Source of the DNA: the human T2T-CHM13v2.0 reference genome, Homo sapiens
Direction: 5' to 3' (one strand)
NCBI RefSeq assembly: GCF_009914755.1
Contig: NC_060932.1
Length of the DNA stretch: 64,000 bases
Position 1 is the stretch's first letter, and each line of letters starts with the position of its first letter. The translations under genes and the position numbers were made by a program. Below, one piece after another: positions 33,750 to 62,875 of this stretch. Under the pieces are notes generated by a model, which had not been told where the DNA came from, did no database searches, and worked only from the letters and a program-made list of their open reading frames with translations.

Positions 33750-35388
33750 TTTTGAGATAGAGTCTTACTCTGTCACCCAGGCTGGAGTGCAGTAGCCTTA
33801 TCTTGGGGCTCACTGCAACCTCCATCTTCTGGGTTCAAGGGATTCTCATGCCTCAGCTTCCTGAGTAGATGGGATTACAGGTGCATGCCACCACACTCAG
33901 CTAATTTTTGTATTTTTAGTAGAGATGGGGTTTCGCCATGTTGGCCAGGCTGGTCTCAAACTCCTGGCGTCATGTGATCCACCTATGTCAGATTCCCAAA
34001 ATGCTGGGATTACAGGCATGAGCCACCACACCCGCCCCAAAATGATTTCTAAAAACAGGCATGAATACGGTTATAAGACCAGGTACTGTAAATCAAGAAT
34101 TTCAAAGATGGTCTCATTAAATCTTATTGTTTTCCTTTTCCTCCATCCAAAAATACGATCTGATACTGTGCATACATTTACTTATAGTGGATTATTCTTA
34201 ATATTGGGAAGGAGGTGCCTATACCACGTGATGCAAGAGTAATGCATTCTCACCCCATCAACTGGCAATCTGTCACTCAAAGAGCTGAAAACTCAATCAA
34301 CCCACCCACGCTGATAATTTCCTAAGACTCCACTGGCTTCAACAATATCAAATGTGGCCTCAAGAATATAGAGAGTGGCTGGCGTGGTGGCTCACGCCTG
34401 TAATTCCAGCAACTTGGGAGGCCGAGGCAGGTGGATCTCTTGAGCCCAGGAATTCCAGACCAGCCTAGTTAACACGGCGAAACCCCATCTCTACAAAAAG
34501 GAAAAAAGAAAAAAAAAAAAAAAAAAAAAAAAGCTAGCCGGGTGTGGTGGAAAGCAACTGTAGTCCCACCTACTCAGGAGTCCAGCCACTCTGGAGCCTC
34601 AGGTGGGAGAATCGCTAGAGCCCAGAAGGTCAAGGCTGCAGTGAGCCGAGATCGCACCACTGCACCGCACTCCAGCCTACGTAACAGAGCAAGACCCTGT
34701 CTCAAAACAAACAAACAAACAAACAAAAATGCAGAGAGTGATTGCCATAGGATGACAGATGAAATATATTAATAAAGGAGAGAAGTGTCATTTTTTACTG
34801 TGGGGACAACCTCAAGGAACTGACCAAAAATATCATTTTCAACGACAGTTGACTGATCATTTAAACTCTTACCAGCTAAAACCATGCTTGTTAGAAGGTG
34901 TGTATTTCTCCAGCAGGGCCGTTAGCTTTAGGAGTGAGTATTTCTGCAGCAGGTTCATCTGGGCCACAGACTGGCAGTTAATCTGTAGTGATACAGAGTT
35001 GAGGCTTGGCCGATGTGAGCTCTGGAAACTGTGCCATCTCAGTCGGTGCCTGCGAGAGAAGAGGAGAGGAAAATGAGTGTGAAGCCTTTTTATTTGATTT
35101 TATTTATTTTATTTTTTCTTGCTCTGTTGCCCAGGCTGGAGTGCAGTGGTGCCATCACAGCTCACTGCAGCCTTGAACTCCTCAGCTCAAGTGATCCTCC
35201 TGCCTCAGCCTCCTGAGTAGCCAGGACTGTAGGCCTGTGCCACCACATCTGACTCATTTTTTAATTTTTTGTAGAGATAGAGTCTCCCTATGTTGTCCAG
35301 CTTGGTCTCAAACTCTTGGCCTCAAGTGATCCTCCCACCTCGGCCTCCCAAAGTATTGGATTACAAGTGTGAGCCACTGTGCCTGGCC
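33714..35388. mobile_element. Alus around exon 10: ~33714-34038 (-, (TTA)n tail), ~34377-34728 (+), ~35088-35388 (-)
   Basis: Alu motifs. Confidence 0.9.
34873..35049 (-). CDS. DLC1: DLC1 exon 10 (177 nt): HRLRWHSFQ...NKHGFS(W), includes S567
   Basis: Acceptor CGCAG|G, donor CTG|GTAAGA, phase 2-2. Confidence 0.97.
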
Positions 35389-35504
35389 CAAAGGCTTTTT
35401 AATAGGTAGAAGCAACATTAGCAATGGGCTGCTTGCTGGCATCTTATCTTAGGAACTGATAGGACTTGATTTCTATCCCATGCTTTAATCCCCATTATGG
35501 GAAA

Positions 35505-35655
35505 ATATACACAATATAAAGTGCACCATTTTCACCATTTTTAAATGTGCAGTTGAGTGGCACCAAGTTCATTCTCATTGTGTGACCATCTCTGCCAACC
35601 ATCTCCAGAACTTTTTTCATCTTCCCCAACCGGAACTCTATACCCATTCAATCCT
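35505..35655 (-). mobile_element. L1M 3'-end fragment
   Basis: accatttttaaatgtgcagttgagtggc...atctccagaacttttttcatcttcccc. Confidence 0.7.
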
Positions 35656-35820
35656 ATCGATTTCTTTGAATTTTGGTGCTTCCTGGTTTGACACCTTCCT
35701 TAGGAATGGACATGGCTAAGAATGCCAGACTTAATCCCATTTCTTCCCACAGAACAAGCACAGGCAATGTCTTTCTGACCCCCAGTGCCCCACACCCGGA
35801 GGCAGGAGAAAAGTTCTTAC

Positions 35821-37244
35821 CTGTTGGACCTGGTTAGGGAAGCCCCAACCCCAGAATCCCTTCTTTCCGGGATCTCGGAGGGCTCTTCCGGTTCATTCAG
35901 GGAGTTGCCTGTGCTGTCCAGGTCGCTGGGTGTGGTTCGGTCGTTGTCCACATCCAGGTGTATCTGTTTTGGAGAGGACGGGCAGGGAGAGACCGAGTCC
36001 AGGGCTGAGTCCGAATCTCCCTCATCAGAAAACTTCTCCGACCACTGATTGACTATCCGCTGCATCCCCTTCACGTGGTAGAGGATGTCGTCCAGCTCGG
36101 GGAAGATGTCCTCGTTCTCCAGATCCGCCAGGTCCCCTGAACTGGAGTAGAGGATGGAGCCCGGCACGTTGTCGTAGATGCTCAGGCGGCTGCTCATGGA
36201 GCTGGAAGAATTGCGTCTCTTCAGTTCCTTGGGGCTGTCGCTACTGTTTTCCCTCCTGAGGCTGATGTGGCCAGGGCCGTGGAAGCTTCCCGTCCTCCAG
36301 TTCACAGAGCCGTTATTCCCCGAGGGGGAGAAACTGCCATTGGTGAGAGCTTTGGGGAAAGTGCCAGGCTTGTGATCTTCAGGGATGTAGAACACCGTGT
36401 CCTCTGGGTAGCTCTCGCGGTTCTTAAAGTTCTGCTCCACCACGTTGTTAAATGTTGACTGATTGAAAGGATCGAAGCCCTCTAAGTACATGCCCACCCG
36501 CTTGTTGCACGCACTGAGGCTCCGGGTCCTCGTAACAGGGCTGGGCGTGCTGACCGCGCTGCTGGTCTCCGACTGGCTGCTGCTGCTGCTGGTCTGCGTG
36601 GAGTTGGAAACGCTCCTCTTTCGTACCATGGGGACGTTGATGCGGTTGCCATTGAGGGCGGAGATCTCCACGCAGTTGAGCTGCTTCAGCTTCTCCTCAT
36701 CCATCCCCTCTTGCAAGATGGGCCCGCTGATGATCAACCCCAGCTTTGAGGGCGCTTTGTGCTTGCTGTGATGGGAGCTCTTGAGCTTCAGGCTCTCCAT
36801 CCGTTTCAGCAGACTGCGCGTCTTGGACTTGGCAGTTTTTTCGTGGCCTTTCATGCTGAAGCTGAAGCTGGACAGTTCCTTGGGAGAGGGCAGGCTGCCG
36901 AAAGAGTCGTCATTGCCTGCCAAGTTGCTGGAGGAGCAAACGCTGATGACGGAGTTAGTCCGGGGGGTGGCAGCATCCTCGCTGGGGGGAGCGTGGCTGG
37001 GGAGGCTGCCAGTGCTGCTGAGGCTGCGGACGGAAGACACCTCCTGGCGCTCGCTGAGGTCCATCAGCGTGCCTCCGGGGCTGGGGCCGTCCTTCGGGTG
37101 GGAGTCGTCTGGGGACCCAGGGACCAGGTCTTGTTTTGGAGAAAAGACATCAAACTCTTCAAGCCGGGACCACCTCTTGCTGTCCCTTTGGAAAGTCCAT
37201 TTGCCACTGATGGCACAAGGCTCATCCTCGTCTGAATCGTCACT
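35821..37244 (-). CDS. DLC1: DLC1 exon 9 (1424 nt), Ser-rich focal-adhesion-targeting linker, residues ~86-560
   Basis: Lies in the 508-aa ORF. Acceptor TTGCAG|AGT, donor ACAG|GTAAGA. Contains SIYDNV (tensin-binding Y442, codon 36174-36176), LD-like LDDILYHV (36072-36095) and RRDSGVG (S549). Confidence 0.99.
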
Positions 37245-37378
37245 CTGCAAAGACAGAAAGGAGCCATTCACACACTGGGGCTGGCAGCCAGCAGGGAGCA
37301 GGGCATGAGCAGGAGGCTGCTCATAATATGCCAGTAGTATCAATTTCCCCCTTGTACTTCATGATTTTAATTTTAAAG

Positions 37379-37683
37379 TTTTTTTTTTTTTTTTTTTTAG
37401 AAATAGGGTCTCACTCTGTTGTACAGGCTGTATTGCCCAGGCTGATTCTGAACTGCTGACCTCAAGTGATCCTCCCACCTGAGCCTCCCAAAGTGCTGCG
37501 GTGACAGGGATAAGCTACTGTGCCCAGCCCCACTTACATATTCTTTTTCTTTTTTAAATTTTTTGTAGAGAGCAGTAGTCTTACTATGCTGCCTAGGCTG
37601 GTCTCAAACTCCTGGCCTCAAGCGATCCTCCCACGTGGGCTTCCCAAAGTGTTGGGATTACAGGCATGAGCCACAGTGCCCGG
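37379..37683 (-). mobile_element. Two Alu left-monomer (FLAM-like) elements
   Basis: Two consecutive single arms. Confidence 0.8.
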
Positions 37684-39264
37684 TGTTTTGTTTTGTTCTT
37701 TAAATAACAAAGATGTATTTAAAGAATTTAACAGGAGAGTGCCTGACCAAATGTTGCAAGTTAAATAAGAACTATTTTATGGAAACTCTGGGATCCATAG
37801 GCTGTTCTTTAATTGCTCATAGAGGAAACCTCTGAGATGGTGAAAATTCCAGGCATGCAAAATATTTTGAACTGAAGTCAGCAATGAGCAGGACTGCCTC
37901 TGGGCTGCCTTCCATTGTGCTGTCTTTTGTTGGTGTATGTTTATATTCCCTCTTGCAATTAAAAAGGTAGTTTTCAAACACTAAGAAGAGTGGCAACTTA
38001 AATCTCTAGACACTAAAAATGTATAAGGTCTCCCACTGGAGTAAAGGGGCCCTGGATCAAGGTGGGTCATCAAGCAGATTCAGTCCACTATCAGTGCTTT
38101 GGAGACTCTTACCAGTACCTTTTCTTCCCCTCCCCCACAAGACATGAAGGCTAGCGCTCAGGCCACAGCTGACCTGTGAAGTTTCAACCTCAGTCATGCT
38201 CCAGCCAATTGAACAAGGCTTCACAAATACCCAGCCCTGACAGCTCGCGGCATTCATAAACACTAAGGAACGTCTTTGCTGATTATGCCCGATTTATGTA
38301 CAGGACTCAGGGATAAGCTGTCACACGGACTATTGCATCTTGGCCTTTTCGGCAGGATATCAAAGGGCACAATTCGGTATGATACATGTCTTTTCCACTG
38401 GTGTGGAAAATATCCTGTGGCCCAAGTTTCACAGGACAATGAGTGGCAAGCATGGAGCGCTGGCTTCTAGGACTCTTCTGCATAGCTCAGTGGGCGCTGA
38501 GGTTCCAGTTCATTTGTTTAAAAGCTTTGACTCCCCAAGAAGGCAACTTTTTGCAGCTCAGGGATTCTGGCATAATTAAAATTTGAACCCGGAAGTCAGA
38601 AATATGTTCTTTGACCAGACTCATTCCTGTTTACTCTAATTTGTGACACTTACTCCCAGTACTACACCCACCTCTTCTCCTAAGATCTCATAAAAAGTCT
38701 TCACAACTCACACGCAGAAGAAAATACCATCCAGTTCGGTTGTGTACCACCATTTGACTAAACTGTGTGGGATCTCCTGCCTTCTCCTCTTCCTCTTCCA
38801 ATTCCTTTCCTCCCTCCAAATCTCTTATTATTCTTCAATATTGCACAAATCGGCCTTCGCTTTCATCTCTACAGCTTTGAAGCACAGTTATTGTTATATT
38901 TGGGAAGACAGAAGAGTTGGAAATAAACCTCAGTTTATTTCCTCTATGAGCAATGCAAAAATCCACTGGGATTCCTTAAGCATGATCCCTTTATTATGTA
39001 ATAGGCATTGAGTTAGTAATTAGGCAAAATAATAGCTGATGTGATCAGGTCAAAAACAATAGATAAAATAATGTAATGGACTAGTTGCAACTATTGGCTT
39101 CAACTACATAAGGCTATCAAGTCTAGGCGATATCATTCAAGATGTAGATGCTTACGGAACAACAAACTAAGAGTTGGAGAAACAAAACCTATTACAAAAC
39201 ACATCATTCACTTTTTTGTTTGCCCCTTTTCCCCCTCATTCTATTATGCAATTTGTATACTCAC

Positions 39265-39328
39265 TCGTTTCCGATGAGGACTAATTTCTAGCTTCATCAC
39301 CGCACATTTGTTTAAAGTATTTAGACGC
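39265..39328 (-). CDS. DLC1: DLC1 exon 8 (64 nt): RLNTLNKCAVMKLEISPHRKR
   Basis: Acceptor TATAG|G, donor CGA|GTGAGT. Translated by hand. Confidence 0.97.
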
Positions 39329-39503
39329 CTATAGAGCAAAGAAATAACGTTAGCAAAGATAGGCAACCACTCTCTAATGAGTGGATAAACACCTGTTTTT
39401 AAACAATTCATATATTTAAGGAGTTTCTTGAAACTCAGTAATACCTAATACCTAGAGGAGTATTAGAAACTTATTTAAAAAGTGAGTCATTTAAAAATAC
39501 CTT

Positions 39504-40342
<839 letters not shown>

Positions 40343-42049
40343 AAGTTTGTGATGTCTCCTTTCATAGAAATAGAAACAGCAAAACAGCAACAAAGAACCA
40401 AGTAGAGTTTTTGGCAAAATAAACAGTGTCTTGTATTTGAAATCAAAACTCAAATTTAAAAAATTAGTTTTAGTTATCTCCGATGAATCATAATCTTGGA
40501 CAGCCTGTCTAAAATTTTAGAGTCCTTGCACAGAATGGAAATTGAAGCCCTCTTTAATATCCAATATTTAGAACAGCTTCCTGTTATAGGACAATATAAT
40601 GTGTGCTATAGTCACGGCAAATGATCATTTAAAGAATTTGCGTACTGTAACTTCAAGGATCCAAATCTTACCGGGTTCAAAATTAAGCACTCAGGTAAGA
40701 CTCTTTTTGCAACAGCCATCCTATTGTCATTTTGATACCAATACTTTCACCTCTGCCAAACAGCAATATCAATTTAAAATTAGGGAAATTTAGTTTCGTT
40801 GAAAATAAAATACTTACAAAAAAAAAAAAAACCCAAAACCTCATGGAGAAATAATGCAACAGTTGAAAAAAGAAACACTTTAAATATGCTGAACTAAACG
40901 GTATGTACAACTATGAATGACAGCCCTTCAAGGCCCCAATTTTCCTGCCATCTCCCAGATGATCATCACTTAGTCTTCCTCAAATGAACCTGTAATGTGT
41001 CTGTTTGCCATCTGCTATCACCAGTTTTCTAGTTTTTCCTACGAATTGCAATTCTACATTTTCATAAGATCAGATCATTTAATTCACACAAATTCCTGGG
41101 AACCGTGAGACCTCCTCAGGGCTTTATCTTCCTGATCCTGTTCTTGCTGTTTGCCTAACAATGTTGATGCAACAGAATAGAAAGCATTTTTGCCTGCCTG
41201 ATAAGCCCGATTTTGCCTTCATACCTTAGGTGGTAGCCTGTTTATAGAATAAATAAAGATAGCCCAGAGCGCCTAGGTTCAGAAAAGTTCTCTCTGTTGA
41301 TGGGGAAGAAAAGAAAACAAATAACTAAGAAAAAGTCTGCACACTTTAAAATGAGTGGATATAAGGTCCCTCTATTGGGGGTATCAATTACTTAAATGAC
41401 TTACACCCACAGTGTTTTAGTTCTCAAATGCTTTCAAGATTTAAAGAATCCGGAATGGTTACAGTTAGTCTTAGGTCTGGGTTCCATTAATCAAACCTGT
41501 AATCAAATAGTCACTTGACTTCATTTGGGCTTTAATGGTTGAATGGTGTTTATAACCAAATTTACTAGCCAGAGGCCTATGGGGCTGGAGAGGGGTTTAG
41601 CCTCACAAACTCCAGATTTTAGTCAAACTAAAAAGACCCAGGAGGCCAGTTCTATAAAGGTCAACATTACCTTTTTATGTTGGTAGCACCCAGCTAATGG
41701 CATTACAGACCTAAAGCCCAGAGTTATACCCTAGGGTTTCTGTGGTTTTCATTTGTCCTGGAGGACCCCCAAAGAATGTACTCTGCTGGGACCTTATTTC
41801 CTTACAGAGACAGTACTGATATCAAATCATAGTTCCAGCTACACAAACGAGGCCTACTGCGGGCCAGGCACTATGCTAGGCACTTCCTATATATGACTTC
41901 ATCTTCCCAACGACCCTATGGTACAGATATTATGATTAACCTAGATTTTACAGATGAGGAAATGGGGCTCGGGGAGGTCACAGATCTTGTCTAAGTCCAC
42001 ACGATTAAAACATGGTGGCTCTCAAACCCAGTAACTTCTAGGTTCCTTT

Positions 42050-46400
<4,351 letters not shown>

Positions 46401-47208
46401 CCCTGAAATTAAAATAATACTTAGTTTCATAATCAAATCAACCTATGTGAGTTTTGTCTGTGTATAATTTTTTTCCCCCAGAATTCAGCTTTTAGGGATT
46501 TTAGCTTTTGAGAAAAATTAGAAAGGATGAAAAACTTAAAATGAGTAGACATGTCTTGAAGAGCTTGAAAGGATTATCAGTGTCCCATCATCGACTGCTA
46601 CAGGTTTTATTACTTCCACCTCACTAAAACCTATAAGCTGCCTCTCAGCTTGAAGACCCAAAACCACAATGATCAAGAATTTCTGACGGTTTTATTCAAT
46701 TTCTCATCATTTAACTGTCTGTTGCCTATATGTTAAAGACCATGCTGAGTTATTTTATAGCCTTATTTCGTCCTATCATTATTTTATACGAGGGGAAACT
46801 GAAGAGGTTGAGAGGAGCGTTCTTGGAATTCAAATGATGCTCCTGTCTTTATATGCCACCCCCCATTTATTCCTCTGAACATGCTTAATTTCCATCGTAC
46901 CCTTTTAGGAAACCTTAATCCACGTTTCCAAACCACCTGAGAGTTGTTACTTGTTACACCAATTATATCAAATATGGAATGCTATTGTGTGAGTACTTCC
47001 TAGGACAGCGTGGATGCTATTTTAATGGCAATACTAAATAACAATATTTTACTTAGTTTTTAATTAAAAGGTCTATGATCACTCTATGGTTTGCCAATAA
47101 AAACCTAACACAATTAGCAAGAACAAAAGCAAACAAAGCCTATCTTTGTGAGAAGTACTGTGTTCTTAAAAAATAAAAAAGGAAAACACTCAAAACGTGT
47201 CCATTTAC

Positions 47209-47290
47209 CTGCATAGAGCCTCAATGGCATCTCTGTCCAAAAAATCATGCTCTCTCTTGACCAAGGAAATATCGATGGGGAACAGGAAAT
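47209..47290 (-). CDS. DLC1: DLC1 exon 7 (82 nt), SAM: (D)FLFPIDISLVKREHDFLDRDAIEALC(R)
   Basis: Acceptor CATAG|AT, donor GCAG|GTAAAT. Translated by hand (not in the ORF track). Confidence 0.97.
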
Positions 47291-48328
47291 CTATGAGAAA
47301 AATAAACAGATGTATTTGTTGAGCGCCTAAAACCCAATTTGCCAAATAGCCCAGTTTACCAAAGCAGGGATAAAACTCTTCAGCAATATACTAAGCACCT
47401 ACTGTAGGACACCTCATTCCCCGTCAAGTTCTATGGGACTATAAGGCAATTGAAGCCAATCGGGCATCACTGTCCTAAAGGAGCTTCGGCTTTAATGTGG
47501 GGGAAACTCAAAATATTGCTTCTGGTCAAGGAGAAGTGGTTCAGAACATTGTTATATGTTTAAACAAATCAGCAGGCAATGAGTCCCCAGTAGAAATTAT
47601 AATTTAAGCCACAATGACTGTCAGAAGAATGCTCCGTTTTAATGTGGCTGGGCTGTGTGTATGTGTGTGTGTCTTTGCTCACGTGTGATCAGGGAAAGGT
47701 CACGGAAAGAAAACTGAGCCACAGAAAGATCTAGAGAACAATGAAAAGTGGTAGGAAATGGAATGTAATCCACTCACATGGCATCAAGAGCTAAGGAGAA
47801 TTCAAGATATGCTTTTTAAAAACAAATATTAGCACTGCAATATGGCCTTGCAGGAATTGATATAACTCCCCTAAAAAGAAAGGGCTAGCTATGAAGTTGC
47901 TATAGAACAACAGAATCTCAAATCCTTTAATCTGTAGAAGAGTTCATTCAGTTCTCTCGAGACAATGAAGAAGCTGTATCAGAACTGAAAACCAGAGAGG
48001 GGGAAAACAGTCGACTCAATGGAGGAATTCCTTTCTCTGGACTACATAAAAAGATCCCTTGGTAAGTAAATATACCCAAGAAAAGGAGAGCGGAGGTAGC
48101 CGCTGTGGAAATTTACAACAGCTCTGAAATTGCCACTGGATAAAGGCAAGTTATCACCCTCTTGGAGTCCCAACTATGAGGGCAAATCATGGGCCTCCTC
48201 AGTAGAGTGCTACTACAATACCAGGAAGAGGAGTGTCTCGGTGTAGGGTAACCCTTTGGACCAGACCTGGGTGAAATCAGTCATCACAGCAGGAAACTAG
48301 AATCACCACAAGCTAAAAAATTCTCTTT

Positions 48329-50975
<2,647 letters not shown>

Positions 50976-51049
50976 TCAGCACAGATCCTATTTTTTTTTT
51001 TGAACCATTTTTCTCAATTGAAAAACTGAATGCCACAGAAAACATAATA

Positions 51050-51950
51050 TTCATTAAAAGACAACCTAGAGAAAAGTGAAATGCCTAATTACAAATGGTG
51101 GGAAAGATATCTGCAACACGTGACCAATGAAAGATTAGTATTTAGAATAAAAAGAGCCCTTATAAATCATTAAGAGAAGCATAATGTGAGCAAACAAATG
51201 TGGCCGAGTGACATGAATAAATGCTCATTACCATGAAGGATTAGGGAAATGGCAGTCAAAATCTGTATATCATTTTATATCCATTTGGTTGGCAAAAATT
51301 AAAGTCTGACAATATCAAGCGTTGAGGGAATGTGGATACACAGATTGGTAAGAGTGAAAATTGGTACGGGCACTTTCGAAAAGCTTGCATTTTAAAATTG
51401 AACATACATATTCTTTATTACCCAGTAATTCTGTTCCTAGGGATAGAAGCAAGATGAATCATTATGCATGTACCACAAAAGATAGATGCAAGAATGTTCA
51501 CAACAGCACAGCTTATAAAAGCAAAACAGAGAAAGCCAAAATACCCACCAACCAGAGTGTGGATATGAATAAACAGTGGTTTCTTGTGTAATACACAATG
51601 GTGTATTACACAGCAGCCAAAGCAAATGCATAACAGGCCCATACAGTATAGAAGAATCTTAACAATACAATATTAAGTGAAAAATAAAAACCCCATGAAA
51701 TTACATACGACACACTACCCTTTTTATAAAGGTAAAAATTACTTTGTAAAAATGTACTTTTCAGGAAATGGAGTAGAATTATACAAAAAGAAAGCAAGAA
51801 AATGATAGTCTTCAGCATGCTGATTACTTTGGGTAGGGAGTGGCAGGCAGCAGATGGGGGAGTGGCATGGGCGTGTTACCAAGGTGCTAGCTTTTGTTTT
51901 CAGCGGTGGGGGTCTTGCATGCTTACAACATTTTTTTTAAAAATAAAACA
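51050..51950 (+). mobile_element. Ancient L1 (L1ME-like) ORF2 end and 3' UTR
   Basis: ggcaaaaattaaagtctgacaatatcaag, cccagtaattctgttcctagg and caagaatgttcacaacagc motifs. Confidence 0.75.
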
Positions 51951-52052
51951 TTTAAACGATAAAACTGCTGAAAATAAGTCATAGATCAGTAATACTCGCG
52001 AACAAGGGATTATGATTATGCCAACTTTTAAAAAGTGGCATTCCCAGCTTAC

Positions 52053-52124
52053 CTTCATAAAGCTGTGCATACTGGGGGAAACCAGTTGCCCGTAGCCAAT
52101 CACAAGCTTCCTTGGCTTCAATTT
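52053..52124 (-). CDS. DLC1: DLC1 exon 6 (72 nt), start of SAM domain: (Q)IEAKEACDWLRATGFPQYAQLYE
   Basis: Acceptor TTCTAG|AAATT, donor GAAG|GTAAGC, phase 1-1. Confidence 0.97.
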
Positions 52125-53656
52125 CTAGAACAGAACAGAAGAAAGACAAAATTAGCCATGTGTACCTCGCCATGCTTATTTTTCCTGAATAAGCTTTCGT
52201 TTTATGATACAAGCAAAACATGACTGCCATAGAAAATACAGATAAGCAAACAGACATACACGCTTAATTCGAATGGTTTACATTTTGTATGCATCGTTTC
52301 CAGTTTTTTCACGTGTACATGAGGATGTATTTTCCCTTTACAAAAAATAGAAATGGGGTCCTGAGAGTAAGTTTCTCATTTTGTGCTGCTTCTGAAGTGC
52401 TCTGATTACAAACGGTTATGAAAATAAGGCATCATGAGAAAGTTGAAGAGAGATTTAATAACTCATTTGAAGCCTGGCCGGCCTATTGTACTACTTTTCA
52501 CTTCAACAAAAGGCCACAAAGTACCTCCACCAACACGCTAAAATAGAATTTATCTGAGTAAAGTCACAGGCTTTCTGACACCCAGGGGTTGGGTGTTTCA
52601 AAAGCCCCTGACCTTGTGTTGTTTCACTGTTGCGTGATCAGGTACTCATCAGGTATTAATCCAGTAGGAGAGGCCCAGGCTGTCAAGGAACATGGAGGGC
52701 ACGAAGTCAGTAAATCCCACAATCTTGGCAGGCAGAAATGGCTAATAAAGCTTCTACCTCCCTGTGGTTTCACATCTTGTAGATAGAATCGATAAACAGA
52801 AAGGCCAAGAGCAACTGACACACTGTGTTAAAACTCACTGGAGCACATATTTACAATCCCGTTAAAACTGACTCACAGAGGAGGTCCTGGGAACATTAGT
52901 TAGTGTCTCTGCTTGCACAAAGAATATTCCTTTCAACTCTTCCTCCCACCTTCCTCAGGCCATGAGAGTACTCAGTTACACAAGTCTGTTCACTCATTTA
53001 TAAAGGTCTCAACATTGCATAATTTATGCCAGATTCAAATCTTCATTAAGCATCTCTCTCAAGCAAGTGGGAGACTAATAGTTCATATCAGAAGTGTAAC
53101 ACATCTTATTTTTGTCTAGTAACTTTATGTTTTCAAAGCACTTTTTCACCTATTATTTCCTGAGTTCCTTGGCCTTTGAAGAAAGGTAATTAAGCAAATC
53201 CAAATTCATTAAAGCAAGTGGGAATTTGATCAATGAACACAGGAAAGAGAAAAAAAATAACCTGCCATCTCCTGATGAGTTCTTAATACCCAAACTAAAA
53301 ACGATTATGGCAGTAGCCTGGAAATAAATAGCATGGCAAAGTTAACTTCATGAATCTTTTCAGTGCAGCAGTGAAAGTAGCATTATTCAACCCAAGACTT
53401 AGGACCGAAATGGGAGCGAATGATAGTGACATCAGTGTGGAAGAACTTCGATGTTTACACTGAATAAAAGTGTAGAATTGTCCAAAGTCAATTATTTGAG
53501 CTTACTTTTTTTTCGTATGTGTATATCCACATTTTGTCTCAGCAAGGAAATAAAGATGTTTTAACTAAAATTATAAAATAGACACTTCCTAGAAAACTAT
53601 ATTGCTGGAAAAACATATACAAGCTCAATATTTTATTTTAAAAAACAAGGAAATTA

Positions 53657-61748
<8,092 letters not shown>

Positions 61749-62837
61749 TAATTTGCTTTTTAAGAGATCGACTTCTTGATTTGTCCCATGAAGCCTGTAT
61801 TCATATCATAGACAACACAAAACCAATGACGTTTGCTTCTGTGCGTGTCTATAGCCCTCTAAATTTCAACTTGAGAGGAAGAAAACACTTCAATGCATAG
61901 AAGGCTCTTAAGAGTTTTACTTTCCTTATTGATCTTTCATGTTTACAGCAGCATGTTGTCTTCCAAAGAATCCGTGACTTGGGCGCTGAAATACCTCTTG
62001 AAGCTTTTCATCTTTTCTCTTTACAAATGAGGAAGCTGGTACAGAATTGAGGTGATTTGCTGAAGGGGCTAAAGCTACCCAGCTCTCATCCCCAGGTTAG
62101 GCCCTTCTTGCCTATTTCAACAGTGCCCTCACTTGTAAATCACCATACTGGTTTTCAGTCCTAGTAAGGAATGGAAGCTTTGGGGAGCTTCCTTTTTAAG
62201 TTTTGTTCATTTTTTTTTCTCTTATTCTTCTGCTTGAGATTTGGAGACATACATATACAGCTTTCTATTAAAGAACATTCCTAGAAATTATAGAAAGGAG
62301 GGGAAAAAGGACCCATTTTCCCTGTGATGTGATGACAACTTAATAAATGGTTTTGCCTTGAAAGGAGGAAACACTGGGAGACAGGCCCTGCAAGCCTATA
62401 CCTGGGGTGAAGCCCTGCAAGTGACACTTTAGCCATGTAGAATTTAAACCAATTGAAATCCTCTTTGGGGATCATCTAGTACAAGAGTTTGCAAAGTACT
62501 CCTTTTAACACATAAACCAGGAAAAGGCAAGCAGCTCACATCAAAATATGTGCTCTTCCCTGGCAAAGGCAACAGCTCTGGATGAATTTGAGCCCATGAG
62601 GGACATGGCTCCATCAGGCCCTCTAGGCTTGTGCGGATCCAGTTATTTCCAGGAACAGAAAATATCTCCCAAATAATCAAAAATTGGCACTTATTACCCA
62701 GCAAAAAGAGGTCAAACTGAAATCAAAATAAACTAAGAAGGAAATGGATACTGAATCATCACATCTTTCTGTTTCATTTCAACCTGGGGCAGGATAAAAA
62801 TAAATCGCTGCTACAGGGACACACATATCTCTCTATC

Positions 62838-62840
<3 letters not shown>

Positions 62841-62872
<32 letters not shown>
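62841..62872. repeat. (CA)n microsatellite
   Basis: About 16 AC units. Confidence 0.95.

Positions 62873-62875
<3 letters not shown>

Noticed and set aside
35785-37308. Plus-strand ORFs up to 175 aa opposite exon 9
   Set aside because: Expected shadow ORFs of a GC-rich coding exon.
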